A DNA stretch of 64,000 nucleotides, taken from an uncultured Mycoplasmatota bacterium. Its GTDB lineage: Bacteria; Bacillota_I; Bacilli_A; RF39; UBA660. The position numbers and the translations under genes are program-made. The stretch lies in NCBI GenBank assembly GCA_946414095.1, contig CAMKNB010000002.1:13240-77239 (forward strand), given 5' to 3'. Positions 1 to 8,347 of this stretch are shown one piece after another. The notes beneath the pieces are model-generated. The model saw only the letters and a program-made list of their open reading frames with translations, had not been told where the DNA came from and ran no database searches. Within the stretch, counting starts at the first letter, position 1. Each line of letters starts with the position of its first letter.

Positions 1-117
1 GGAATAAATAATGAAACAGCACTTCTTTGCAAAGAAGCAGGAGTTGATAGATTAGTTTCTGCATCATATTTACATAATAATCTAAAAGAAAACATTAATA
101 TTTTAAAGAATATTTAA
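1..117 (+). CDS. rpe: Ribulose-phosphate 3-epimerase, C-terminal fragment (partial at window edge)
   Basis: Frame 1 reads GINNETALLCKEAGVDRLVSASYL..., matching the Rpe C-terminal (G)GIN.ET...AG.D..V.GS motif. Confidence 0.8.
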   Translation, partial: GINNETALLCKEAGVDRLVSASYLHNNLKENINILKNI

Positions 118-127
118 GAGGTATATT

Positions 128-337
128 ATGGATGATGATTATAAATTATATTTACTTGCTGAACTAAGATATAAAGATGAAAATAAAGATAAAAATGAAT
201 CTGAAATATTTCCAAGTGATTGGTATGGTTCAAAAAATTATAATTTTAAAACTATAATAATTTTAGAAGCAATAAAAAACAATAAGTTAATTAAAGAAAC
301 TGAATTATATAAAGAGTTTCAAGAACATGTGAATTAA
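128..337 (+). CDS. Hypothetical protein (69 aa)
   Basis: GAGGT RBS upstream; hairpin terminator downstream. Confidence 0.6.
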   Translation: MDDDYKLYLLAELRYKDENKDKNESEIFPSDWYGSKNYNFKTIIILEAIKNNKLIKETELYKEFQEHVN

Positions 338-361
338 CATCTTTAAAAAAGATGTTTTTTT
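336..361 (+). terminator. Intrinsic terminator
   Basis: AACATCTTT-aa-AAAGATGTT hairpin followed by a T-run. Confidence 0.65.
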
Positions 362-369
362 ATGTAAAA

Positions 370-412
370 AAAAGAAGTGTTTTGATGTTTCTATGGCTAA
401 TTATATTAATAG
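370..412 (+). promoter_or_regulatory. Promoter-like motif AAAAGAAGTGTTTT-N15-AATTATATT (second copy at 12173-12210)
   Basis: Same two blocks with identical spacing upstream of two unrelated loci. Confidence 0.55.
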
Positions 413-422
413 GAGGATAAAA

Positions 423-2495
423 ATGCAAAATAAAAAACACTTTGTTAAACAATCAGGTTACAAAGACTGTGCATCTGCTTCTTTATTAACAATAATGAAT
501 TACTATGGATTTAATACATCGCTAGATGAAGTATCATATGTATTAAAAACAAATAATTCAGGAACAAATGCTTTAAATATAATAAATGGATGCAAATATT
601 TTGGATTTGATGGATATGGAATACATTATAGTTATGATGAAATAATTAATAATAAAGTAAATATGCCAATAATATGTCATACAATAAAAAATAATATGTA
701 TCATTTTATAGTTGTTTTTTCTTCTAATAAAAAATATTTAATAGTAAATGATCCCTCTTCAAATATAAATAGAATTAGTCATGAATATTTTAAAAAGATT
801 TATTTAAATACTTCACTTGTTATATATCCAGTTAAAATACAAAAGAACACTATAAAGAGTAAATCTTTATGTAATTTTATATTTGATTATATAAAACTAG
901 AAAAGAATACAATAATAAAAAATATAATTATTTCATTTATTTACATATTATTATCAATATTGACAAATTATTATTTATTAATAATATTAGATGTTATTCT
1001 TCCCCAATATAACTATAAATTATTCTTAGTATTAACAATATGCTTTTTAAATATTTATATTATTAAAAACTTATTATATTTTATTAGAGAAAAGAGTACT
1101 TTTAAAATTGAAAAAAATCTGTATAAAAAAATAAACATAAATATTATAAATAGCATTTTTAATCTTCCTTATAATTTCTTTAAATCTAAATCTACTTCAG
1201 AAATACAAACTAGAATTGATGATATTAAAATCATAAAAACTTACTTATCAAAAATAATTGTCACAATTAGTATGGATACTACTTTTATAATTGTTAGTTC
1301 AATAATATTATTAAACATTAATATTAAATTATTTATAATTAGTTTAATAGAAATATTATTATATTTTCTTGTGTACTTGCTATTTAAAAATAACTTCATA
1401 ATTAAAAGTGAGGAGGTGTTAGAGAGTGAAAGTGAATATAACAAAGAGTTATATGAAAGTATAAATGGTTATGAAGTGAATAGAAATTTAAATAATATTA
1501 ATGAACAAAATAAAAAAGTAGAAATTAGTTTTATAAAGTATGTTAATAAAATTAATAATTATGAAAATCTAACTAATAAAGAATTGTTACTAAAAAATAT
1601 AATAACAGATGTATTCTATGTTACATCTATATTTATTGGAATAAGATTTGTTATTGATAATTATATTACACTTGGAAACTTTATTTTATTTAATAGTATA
1701 TTATATTATTTTAGTGAACCAATTAAAAATATGATTGAACTTAAAAATAATTTAATATATTTAAAAACTACATATAGAAGAATGAATGATATATTACTTT
1801 TTAAGAAAAATAAAAGTATAGTAAAAAAACAAATATTAAAAAAAGATATTATTATTAATAATTTAAGTTATAGTATAAATGGAATAGATTATTTGTTTGA
1901 AAATATTAATCTTGAAATAAAATATGGAGATAAAATATTAATATATGGTAAAAGTGGTAGTGGTAAAAGCACATTAATAAAAATAATATTAAAATATTTA
2001 AGTGATTATAAAGGCAATATATATTTTGACAATATTAATCTAAAGGATATGAGTGATTATATTATTAGTGATAATTTTACATATGTATCACAAAACAGTT
2101 TTATTAATAATGATACTTTAATAAATAATATTATTATTAATAAGAATATTAGTGAAGATGAATATGAAAGAGTAATTAATATATGTAACTTAAATACATT
2201 TAGAGATTCTAAATTTAATAGAAACAATTTTGTTATAGAAGAAGATGGTTTTAATATATCAGGAGGAGAAAGACAAAAAATAATACTTGCTAGAAGTTTA
2301 CTAAAAAATAGTAACTATATAGTACTTGATGAAGCATTAAGTGAAGTTGGATTTGATGAAGAGAAAGAAATAATAAATAAGATATTAGAATATTATAATG
2401 ATAAAACAATTATTTATATTTCACATAAAAAAGAAATAATTGATTTATTTACAAGCAAATATAAATTAGAAAGGAGTTGTGGTTATGTTAAGTGA
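423..2495 (+). CDS. Peptidase C39-containing ABC transporter (PCAT; bacteriocin/pheromone processing exporter)
   Basis: QSGYKDC catalytic Cys, HFIVV His and NDP Asp; TM domain; Walker A GKSGSGKS; signature ISGGE; AGGAGG RBS before ATG 423. Confidence 0.93.
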   Translation: MQNKKHFVKQSGYKDCASASLLTIMNYYGFNTSLDEVSYVLKTNNSGTNALNIINGCKYFGFDGYGIHYSYDEIINNKVNMPIICHTIKNNMYHFIVVFSSNKKYLIVNDPSSNINRISHEYFKKIYLNTSLVIYPVKIQKNTIKSKSLCNFIFDYIKLEKNTIIKNIIISFIYILLSILTNYYLLIILDVILPQYNYKLFLVLTICFLNIYIIKNLLYFIREKSTFKIEKNLYKKININIINSIFNLPYNFFKSKSTSEIQTRIDDIKIIKTYLSKIIVTISMDTTFIIVSSIILLNINIKLFIISLIEILLYFLVYLLFKNNFIIKSEEVLESESEYNKELYESINGYEVNRNLNNINEQNKKVEISFIKYVNKINNYENLTNKELLLKNIITDVFYVTSIFIGIRFVIDNYITLGNFILFNSILYYFSEPIKNMIELKNNLIYLKTTYRRMNDILLFKKNKSIVKKQILKKDIIINNLSYSINGIDYLFENINLEIKYGDKILIYGKSGSGKSTLIKIILKYLSDYKGNIYFDNINLKDMSDYIISDNFTYVSQNSFINNDTLINNIIINKNISEDEYERVINICNLNTFRDSKFNRNNFVIEEDGFNISGGERQKIILARSLLKNSNYIVLDEALSEVGFDEEKEIINKILEYYNDKTIIYISHKKEIIDLFTSKYKLERSCGYVK

Positions 2496-2616
2496 AGAAG
2501 AACTAAGAAGTGTACATGGAGGATTTGCAAAAGGAGTAATAGTTAGTATTGCAAGTTATGTAATATCTTTCATAATTGGAGTTTTCGATGGCTATTATAG
2601 ACCACTTGGTTGTTAA
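2485..2616 (+). CDS. Double-glycine leader peptide A (43 aa), MLSEEELRSVHGG|FAKGVIVSIASYVISFIIGVFDGYYRPLGC
   Basis: AAGGAG RBS; LSxxELxxVxGG leader; overlaps the PCAT stop; absent from the ORF track. Confidence 0.88.
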   Translation: MLSEEELRSVHGGFAKGVIVSIASYVISFIIGVFDGYYRPLGC

Positions 2617-2618
2617 AA

Positions 2619-2780
2619 ATGAGTGAAACTGAATTATATGATATAAAAGGTGGAAGTTCATTAAATTCTACAATGTTAAATGCTATTGTAAGAGCTTTTA
2701 ATCTTTCTTTAGAACTTGGAAGAATGTTAGGAAGTTATATAAGAAGAAAAAGAAATAGAATGTTATGCCCAATAAAATAG
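2619..2780 (+). CDS. Double-glycine leader peptide B (53 aa), MSETELYDIKGG|SSLNSTMLNAIVRAFNLSLELGRMLGSYIRRKRNRMLCPIK
   Basis: ELxxIxGG leader; starts 2 nt after the peptide A stop (alternative TTG start at 2610); terminator follows. Confidence 0.85.
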   Translation: MSETELYDIKGGSSLNSTMLNAIVRAFNLSLELGRMLGSYIRRKRNRMLCPIK

Positions 2781-2802
2781 GTTAGAAATAACCTATTTTT
2801 TT
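2774..2802 (+). terminator. Intrinsic terminator of the PCAT-peptide operon
   Basis: AAAATAGGTTA-gaaa-TAACCTATTTT followed by a T-run. Confidence 0.75.
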
Positions 2803-2825
2803 ATGTATATTATAAATGTTATAAG

Positions 2826-2853
2826 TTGACATATATTTTAATATTAGTATAAT
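2826..2853 (+). promoter_or_regulatory. Sigma-A promoter of the ABC transporter pair
   Basis: TTGACA-N16-TATAAT. Confidence 0.7.
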
Positions 2854-2875
2854 TAATTAAGATTGAGGTGAAAAA

Positions 2876-4630
2876 ATGCTTAGCATATTAAAGAATTTTA
2901 ATAAAAAAGAAATTATAGCTATATTTATTTCATTTATATTTATAGTATTACAAGTATTTTTAGAATTAAAAATACCAGATTATATGAGCAATATAACAAC
3001 ACTTGTTCAAACTGGCAGTGAGACATCTAAAATACTAACACAAGGTATATATATGCTTATATGTGCTTTTTTAAGTATGATTTGCGCTATTATAGTTGGA
3101 TATATAATTGCTAATAGTTGTTCATCATTTTCTAAAAATATAAGAGAAAAACTATTTAAAAAAGTTAGTTTATTTAGCATGGAAGAAATTAAGAAATTTA
3201 ATACAAGTAGTTTAATTACAAGAACAACTAATGATGTTACTAATGTTGAAACATTTCTTATCATGGGACTTCAAACTATAATTAAAGCACCAGTTACTGC
3301 GGTATGGGCAATAATGAAAATAATGGGTAAAAATTTTACATGGACTATTATTACTGGAGGAGCTGTCGTTATATTACTAATAGGTGTAGCTTTAATTATG
3401 ACAACAGTATTACCAAGATTTAAATTAATACAAAAAATGATAGATGGTATAAATGAACTTACTCGTGAAAACTTAAAAGGTATTAGAGTTATAAGAGCTT
3501 TTAATGCAGAAAAATATCAAGAAAAGAAGTTTGAACGTCAAAATGAAAAATTAACAAATACATTATTATTTACACAAAAAGTTATTGCTATTATGTCACC
3601 AATGATGTATTTAATTATGAATGGTGTTGCACTTTCTATTTATTTCTTTGGAGCATCTATTATTAATAATTCTCTTATATCACTTAGAATAGATTTATTT
3701 AGTAGTATGATTATATTTACTTCATATGCAACTCAAGTTATAATGTCATTTTTAATGTTTGCATTTATTTTCGCTATGTATCCAAGAGCTGCTATATCAA
3801 TAGATCGTATTAATGAAGTATTAAATACAAAAACAAAAATTAAGAGTGGAAAACTAAGAAAATCTAAAACTAATCATGAAATAGAATTTATTAATGTAAG
3901 TTTTAAATATCCTGATTCAGAAGAATATACTCTTAAAGATATTTCATTTAAAGCAGAAAGGGGTCAGATGGTAGCTATTATAGGTTCTACTGGAAGTGGT
4001 AAAAGTACATTAATAAACTTAGTCCCTAGATTTTATGATGCTACAGAAGGTGTAATATTAATTGATGGAGTAGATGTAAAAGAATATGACTTAGAATACT
4101 TATATGATAAGATTGGTTATGTTCCTCAAAAAGCAGTAATGTTTAATGGAAGCGTTAACTATAATGTTTCATATGGTAAAAAAGATAATTATAATATTAC
4201 AGAAGATACTATTAAAGAAGCAGTTAAAGTAGCTCAAGCAGAAGATTTTGTTCTTAAAATGGAAAATGGTTATGAATCAAATATAGCAGAAGGTGGAACA
4301 AATATATCAGGTGGTCAAAAACAAAGAATAGCAATTGCAAGAGCAATCGCAAGAGACCCAGAAATCTATATATTTGATGATTCATTTAGTGCTCTTGATT
4401 ATAAAACTGATTATACTCTTAGAAGTGAATTAAAGAAATATACAAAAGATGCTATAAGTTTAGTAGTTGCATCTAGAATAGGTACAATTAAAAACGCAGA
4501 CAAAATAATAGTTTTAGATAATGGTAAATGTGTAGGAATGGGCACACATAAAGAACTGCTTAAGAATTGTAAAGTATATAAAGAAATAGCATATTCACAA
4601 CTATCAAAGGAGGAGCTTTCAAATGAATAA
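2876..4630 (+). CDS. Heterodimeric multidrug-type ABC exporter, subunit A (degenerate-site subunit)
   Basis: 6 TM; Walker A GSTGSGKS; ISGGQ; Walker B FDD (Asp in place of the catalytic Glu). Confidence 0.9.
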   Translation: MLSILKNFNKKEIIAIFISFIFIVLQVFLELKIPDYMSNITTLVQTGSETSKILTQGIYMLICAFLSMICAIIVGYIIANSCSSFSKNIREKLFKKVSLFSMEEIKKFNTSSLITRTTNDVTNVETFLIMGLQTIIKAPVTAVWAIMKIMGKNFTWTIITGGAVVILLIGVALIMTTVLPRFKLIQKMIDGINELTRENLKGIRVIRAFNAEKYQEKKFERQNEKLTNTLLFTQKVIAIMSPMMYLIMNGVALSIYFFGASIINNSLISLRIDLFSSMIIFTSYATQVIMSFLMFAFIFAMYPRAAISIDRINEVLNTKTKIKSGKLRKSKTNHEIEFINVSFKYPDSEEYTLKDISFKAERGQMVAIIGSTGSGKSTLINLVPRFYDATEGVILIDGVDVKEYDLEYLYDKIGYVPQKAVMFNGSVNYNVSYGKKDNYNITEDTIKEAVKVAQAEDFVLKMENGYESNIAEGGTNISGGQKQRIAIARAIARDPEIYIFDDSFSALDYKTDYTLRSELKKYTKDAISLVVASRIGTIKNADKIIVLDNGKCVGMGTHKELLKNCKVYKEIAYSQLSKEELSNE

Positions 4631-6794
4631 TGAGAAAATAAATAAAAGACCTGCAAGACCACATGGTCCAGCTGGAAGAGGGGCTCCAGGAGAAAAACCT
4701 AAGAATTTAAAAGAAGCAGTAAAAAAATTAGTATTTTACTTAAAACCATATAGATTCTTTATATTTTTAGCAATAGTACTTGCGGCTTTAAGTAGTGTAT
4801 TATCAATAATTGGACCTGATAAATTAAAAAGTCTGACTGATGAAATATCTAAAGGTCTTGTAATTAATACAAAAAATATTGAAATTATCAAAAATGATAT
4901 AGAAAAGGATATAAAGAATAATATTATATTAGATGAAGAAATCTTAAATAGTTTAACAAAAGAAGAAAAAGAAGAATATAATAGTTTCTTATCAAAAGTA
5001 AATAATCTAAATGATAAAGAAAAACTAGTTTCCATTATCAATTTACCATCAACTATAAAAACATTTATATTTACGGATAGTGAAATAAATGGAAATATGC
5101 TTACAAGTATGGATAAAATTGAATTACTGGATTTTATGATGATAACTGATAATGAAAAAATGTATGAACAAATAGAACAACTTGATGATAATTTAAAAGA
5201 TTTAATTAAACCAACTATGGATTTAAATAAAATAAAAACTATAGCTTTAACTTTAGTTGTAATGTATGTTCTTAGTGCACTATTTAGTTATACACAAAAC
5301 TATTTAATGGTAAAAGTAGCTAATGATTTTTCTAAAACTCAAAGAAGAGACATTACTAGAAAAATAAATAATTTACCTCTTAAATATTTTGATACACATA
5401 GTTATGGAGATATATTATCAAGAGTAACAAATGATGTAGAATCAATTAATATGTCGCTCCATAATAGTTTAGGTTCTTTAGTATCAGCAGTTGCATTATT
5501 AATAGGTTCACTCATTATGATGTTCAAAACTAATGTAATACTAGCTATTATTAGTATTGTTTCATCTTTAATAGGATTTGTATTTATTTCAATTATAACT
5601 ATGAAATCTCAAAAATACTTTATAGCAAGACAAGATGAACTTGGTAAACTAAATGGTCATATAGAAGAAATATATTCAAATCATAATGTAGTAAAAGCAT
5701 ATAATGGAGTAGAAGATGCTAATAAAACATTCGATGAATATAATACAGGACTTTATAATGCAAATAGAATGAGTCAATTCTTATCTGGTATTATGGGACC
5801 GATGATGGGATTTATTGGAAATATTGGATATGTAGCAGTATGTGTAGTAGGTTCAGTTTTAGTATTAAAAGGAAGTATTACATTTGGAGTAATCGTTGCA
5901 TTTATAATGTATGTTAGATTGTTTAGTAGTCCACTTTCTCAAATAGCTTCTTCTATTCAAAATTTACAAACAGCAACAGCCGCAGGAGAAAGGATATTTG
6001 AATTTATAGAAGAGAAAGAATTGAGTGATGAATCAAAGATTGCTAAGTATCTAGATCCATCTAAAGTAAAAGGTAACATAGAATTTAATCATGTTAAATT
6101 TGGCTATGACAAAGATAAAATTATTATTAAAGATTTTAATTGTAAAGTTAAACCTGGACAAAAGATAGCAATAGTAGGTCCAACTGGAGCTGGTAAAACA
6201 ACTATAGTAAACTTACTTATGAAATTCTATGAAATAAATAGTGGTGACATTAAAATAGATGGAGTTTCAACAAAAGAATTAACAAGAGAAAATATTCATA
6301 GTTTATTCATTATGGTTCTTCAAGATACTTGGCTATTTAATGGAACAATTAGAGATAATATCAAATTTAATAATGGAAGTATAAGTGATGAAGAAATATG
6401 GAATGCTCTTAGTGTAGTAGGGGTAGATCATTTTGTTAAAACTCTTCCAAAAACACTTAATTATAAAATAGAGGATAATGAATCTATTTCAAGCGGACAA
6501 AAACAATTATTAACAATAGCTCGTGGTATGATTGAAGACTCACCATTTCTAATTCTTGATGAAGCAACTAGTAGTGTAGATACAAGAACAGAAGAATTAG
6601 TACAAAAAGCTATGGATAAATTAACAGAAGGAAGAACATCTTTCATAATTGCACATAGACTTTCAACAATTAAAAATGCTGATTTAATACTTGTTATGAA
6701 AGAAGGTAATGTAATAGAAACAGGTACACATGAAGAATTACTTAAAAAGAATGGTTTCTATGCAGAGTTATATAATTCACAATTTCAAAATTAA
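4623..6794 (+). CDS. Heterodimeric ABC exporter, subunit B, with a large insertion in the first extracellular loop
   Basis: GPTGAGKT, ISSGQ, ILDEATS, AHRL; overlaps subunit A. Confidence 0.9.
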   Translation: MNNEKINKRPARPHGPAGRGAPGEKPKNLKEAVKKLVFYLKPYRFFIFLAIVLAALSSVLSIIGPDKLKSLTDEISKGLVINTKNIEIIKNDIEKDIKNNIILDEEILNSLTKEEKEEYNSFLSKVNNLNDKEKLVSIINLPSTIKTFIFTDSEINGNMLTSMDKIELLDFMMITDNEKMYEQIEQLDDNLKDLIKPTMDLNKIKTIALTLVVMYVLSALFSYTQNYLMVKVANDFSKTQRRDITRKINNLPLKYFDTHSYGDILSRVTNDVESINMSLHNSLGSLVSAVALLIGSLIMMFKTNVILAIISIVSSLIGFVFISIITMKSQKYFIARQDELGKLNGHIEEIYSNHNVVKAYNGVEDANKTFDEYNTGLYNANRMSQFLSGIMGPMMGFIGNIGYVAVCVVGSVLVLKGSITFGVIVAFIMYVRLFSSPLSQIASSIQNLQTATAAGERIFEFIEEKELSDESKIAKYLDPSKVKGNIEFNHVKFGYDKDKIIIKDFNCKVKPGQKIAIVGPTGAGKTTIVNLLMKFYEINSGDIKIDGVSTKELTRENIHSLFIMVLQDTWLFNGTIRDNIKFNNGSISDEEIWNALSVVGVDHFVKTLPKTLNYKIEDNESISSGQKQLLTIARGMIEDSPFLILDEATSSVDTRTEELVQKAMDKLTEGRTSFIIAHRLSTIKNADLILVMKEGNVIETGTHEELLKKNGFYAELYNSQFQN

Positions 6795-6823
6795 AAAAGA
6801 GTTAATATTTAAAATTAACTCTT

Positions 6824-7417
6824 TTACTTTAATACTCTAATTAGTCTTTGCTCTAAATAAGGCCTTGCAAATTGTTCTTCTAAAAGCAATATACTTTCTT
6901 TATATCTATTATATGCAAATTCATAATCACCATTTTCAATAGCTAGAACACAAGCGTCTACTACATTATCATAAATATAATTATATATTAATTCACTATT
7001 TTCATTTTTGTCTATTGCTTCAACAATATAAGGAGCAGTTTCATAATAATGTTCAATATCTTCTTTACTTACAAAATTATCTCTAAACCATCTTAGAACT
7101 GTAAGTTCATAACATTTGTCATCAAATTTATCTTGAAAAAATTTCATACATGCAGACGTTAAATAACAACCACCATTATTTTGTACTTCACCAATAGAAG
7201 GATTTTTAGAATCATTACTTTCTTGTCTGCTAAAGTCAGGTTCTTTTCCAGAATTGTAATCATCTTTATTATTCCAATGTTCATGACTGTGACCTCCATC
7301 ACCATTGTCATGATATCTATTTACACTTCCATTTTTTTCATAACTTGTATATATTAAACGATCATCTTCACCATAGCTAGCATATCCCCATTCTCTATTT
7401 TTTCCACCATTACTCAT
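6824..7417 (-). CDS. CFI-box-CTERM-like domain protein
   Basis: GGCYLTSAC...ELTVLRWFRD...YYETAP pattern; GGAAAGGA RBS before ATG 7417. Confidence 0.7.
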   Translation of the reverse strand: MSNGGKNREWGYASYGEDDRLIYTSYEKNGSVNRYHDNGDGGHSHEHWNNKDDYNSGKEPDFSRQESNDSKNPSIGEVQNNGGCYLTSACMKFFQDKFDDKCYELTVLRWFRDNFVSKEDIEHYYETAPYIVEAIDKNENSELIYNYIYDNVVDACVLAIENGDYEFAYNRYKESILLLEEQFARPYLEQRLIRVLK

Positions 7418-7730
7418 TTTTATTATTTCCTTTCCAAATATAGAAGAAACTACCATCATCATTAAATTCAAACTTATCTCTTCCAACAATATCAATTAGT
7501 TCTTCAAACTTTTTAATAATTTCATTAGTTTTTTCAATTTTAAATTGATATTCTAAACTATCTTTATTTTGTCTTAAATCATCAATTTCTTTGTATAAAT
7601 CAAGTAGTAATTTTGGCTCTTTACCAGTATCATCCATATAGTTTTCAAACTCTAAACTATAATCAAGTATTAATGACATATTATCATCAAATTCATTATT
7701 ATTAATAATAATCACTCCTTTCAAGAACAT
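7410..7730 (-). CDS. Hypothetical acidic protein (start uncertain, possibly ATT)
   Basis: Open frame overlapping the next gene's start; AAAGGAG RBS near 7715-7721. Confidence 0.55.
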   Translation of the reverse strand: MFLKGVIIINNNEFDDNMSLILDYSLEFENYMDDTGKEPKLLLDLYKEIDDLRQNKDSLEYQFKIEKTNEIIKKFEELIDIVGRDKFEFNDDGSFFYIWKGNNKNE

Positions 7731-7834
7731 TATATTAATAAAAAAAATAATTATCAATAAAATACCTTTGATATAAAAAATTGATATAACGAAAAAAATA
7801 CATTTTATGTTAAATTATTATTGAGGTGTATAAT

Positions 7835-8179
7835 ATGGATAAAGTTAATGCAAAAGATTATTTAAATAAAGAAGTTGAAGTTATTATAGATAGACCATTA
7901 GGATCACGTCATCCTAAGCATAATTTTATGTATATGGTTAATTATGGATATATACCAAATACTATAAGTGGAGATAATGAAGAATTAGATGCATACATTC
8001 TAGGCGTATTTGAACCAATAGAGAAATTTAATGGTAAAGTAATAGCATATATACATAGAACAAATGATGATGATGACAAATTAATAGTAGTACCAAAAGA
8101 TAAAAATTATACTAATGAACAAATAGAAGCATTAACAGAATTTCAAGAAAGATTCTTTAAATCAACAATTATTAGATAG
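7835..8179 (+). CDS. Family I-type inorganic pyrophosphatase (short form)
   Basis: NYGYIPNT.SGD.EELDAY and DDDKL motifs; GAGGTG RBS. Confidence 0.8.
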   Translation: MDKVNAKDYLNKEVEVIIDRPLGSRHPKHNFMYMVNYGYIPNTISGDNEELDAYILGVFEPIEKFNGKVIAYIHRTNDDDDKLIVVPKDKNYTNEQIEALTEFQERFFKSTIIR

Positions 8180-8183
8180 TGTA

Positions 8184-8238
8184 TGTATCAATAATGTATC
8201 ACAAAATGTAAACTACGTATCACATTTGATACGTAGTT
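8184..8238. repeat. Phased GTATCA direct repeats plus a perfect 12-bp inverted repeat
   Basis: GTATCA at 8185, 8196 and 8217; AACTACGTATCA-catt-TGATACGTAGTT at 8211-8238. Confidence 0.75.
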
Positions 8239-8347
8239 ATTGTCTTATATAAATCAATTTGATAAATTGGATAGGTAATACAAAAAATATAAAATTGATT
8301 TTTTATACAACATGTGTTATAATATACGACCAATAAAGGGGAGCGTT

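Noticed and set aside
128-337. Small ORF as the immunity gene of the peptide operon
   Set aside because: It is separated from the PCAT by a terminator and a distinct promoter motif, and it has no TM or recognisable immunity features
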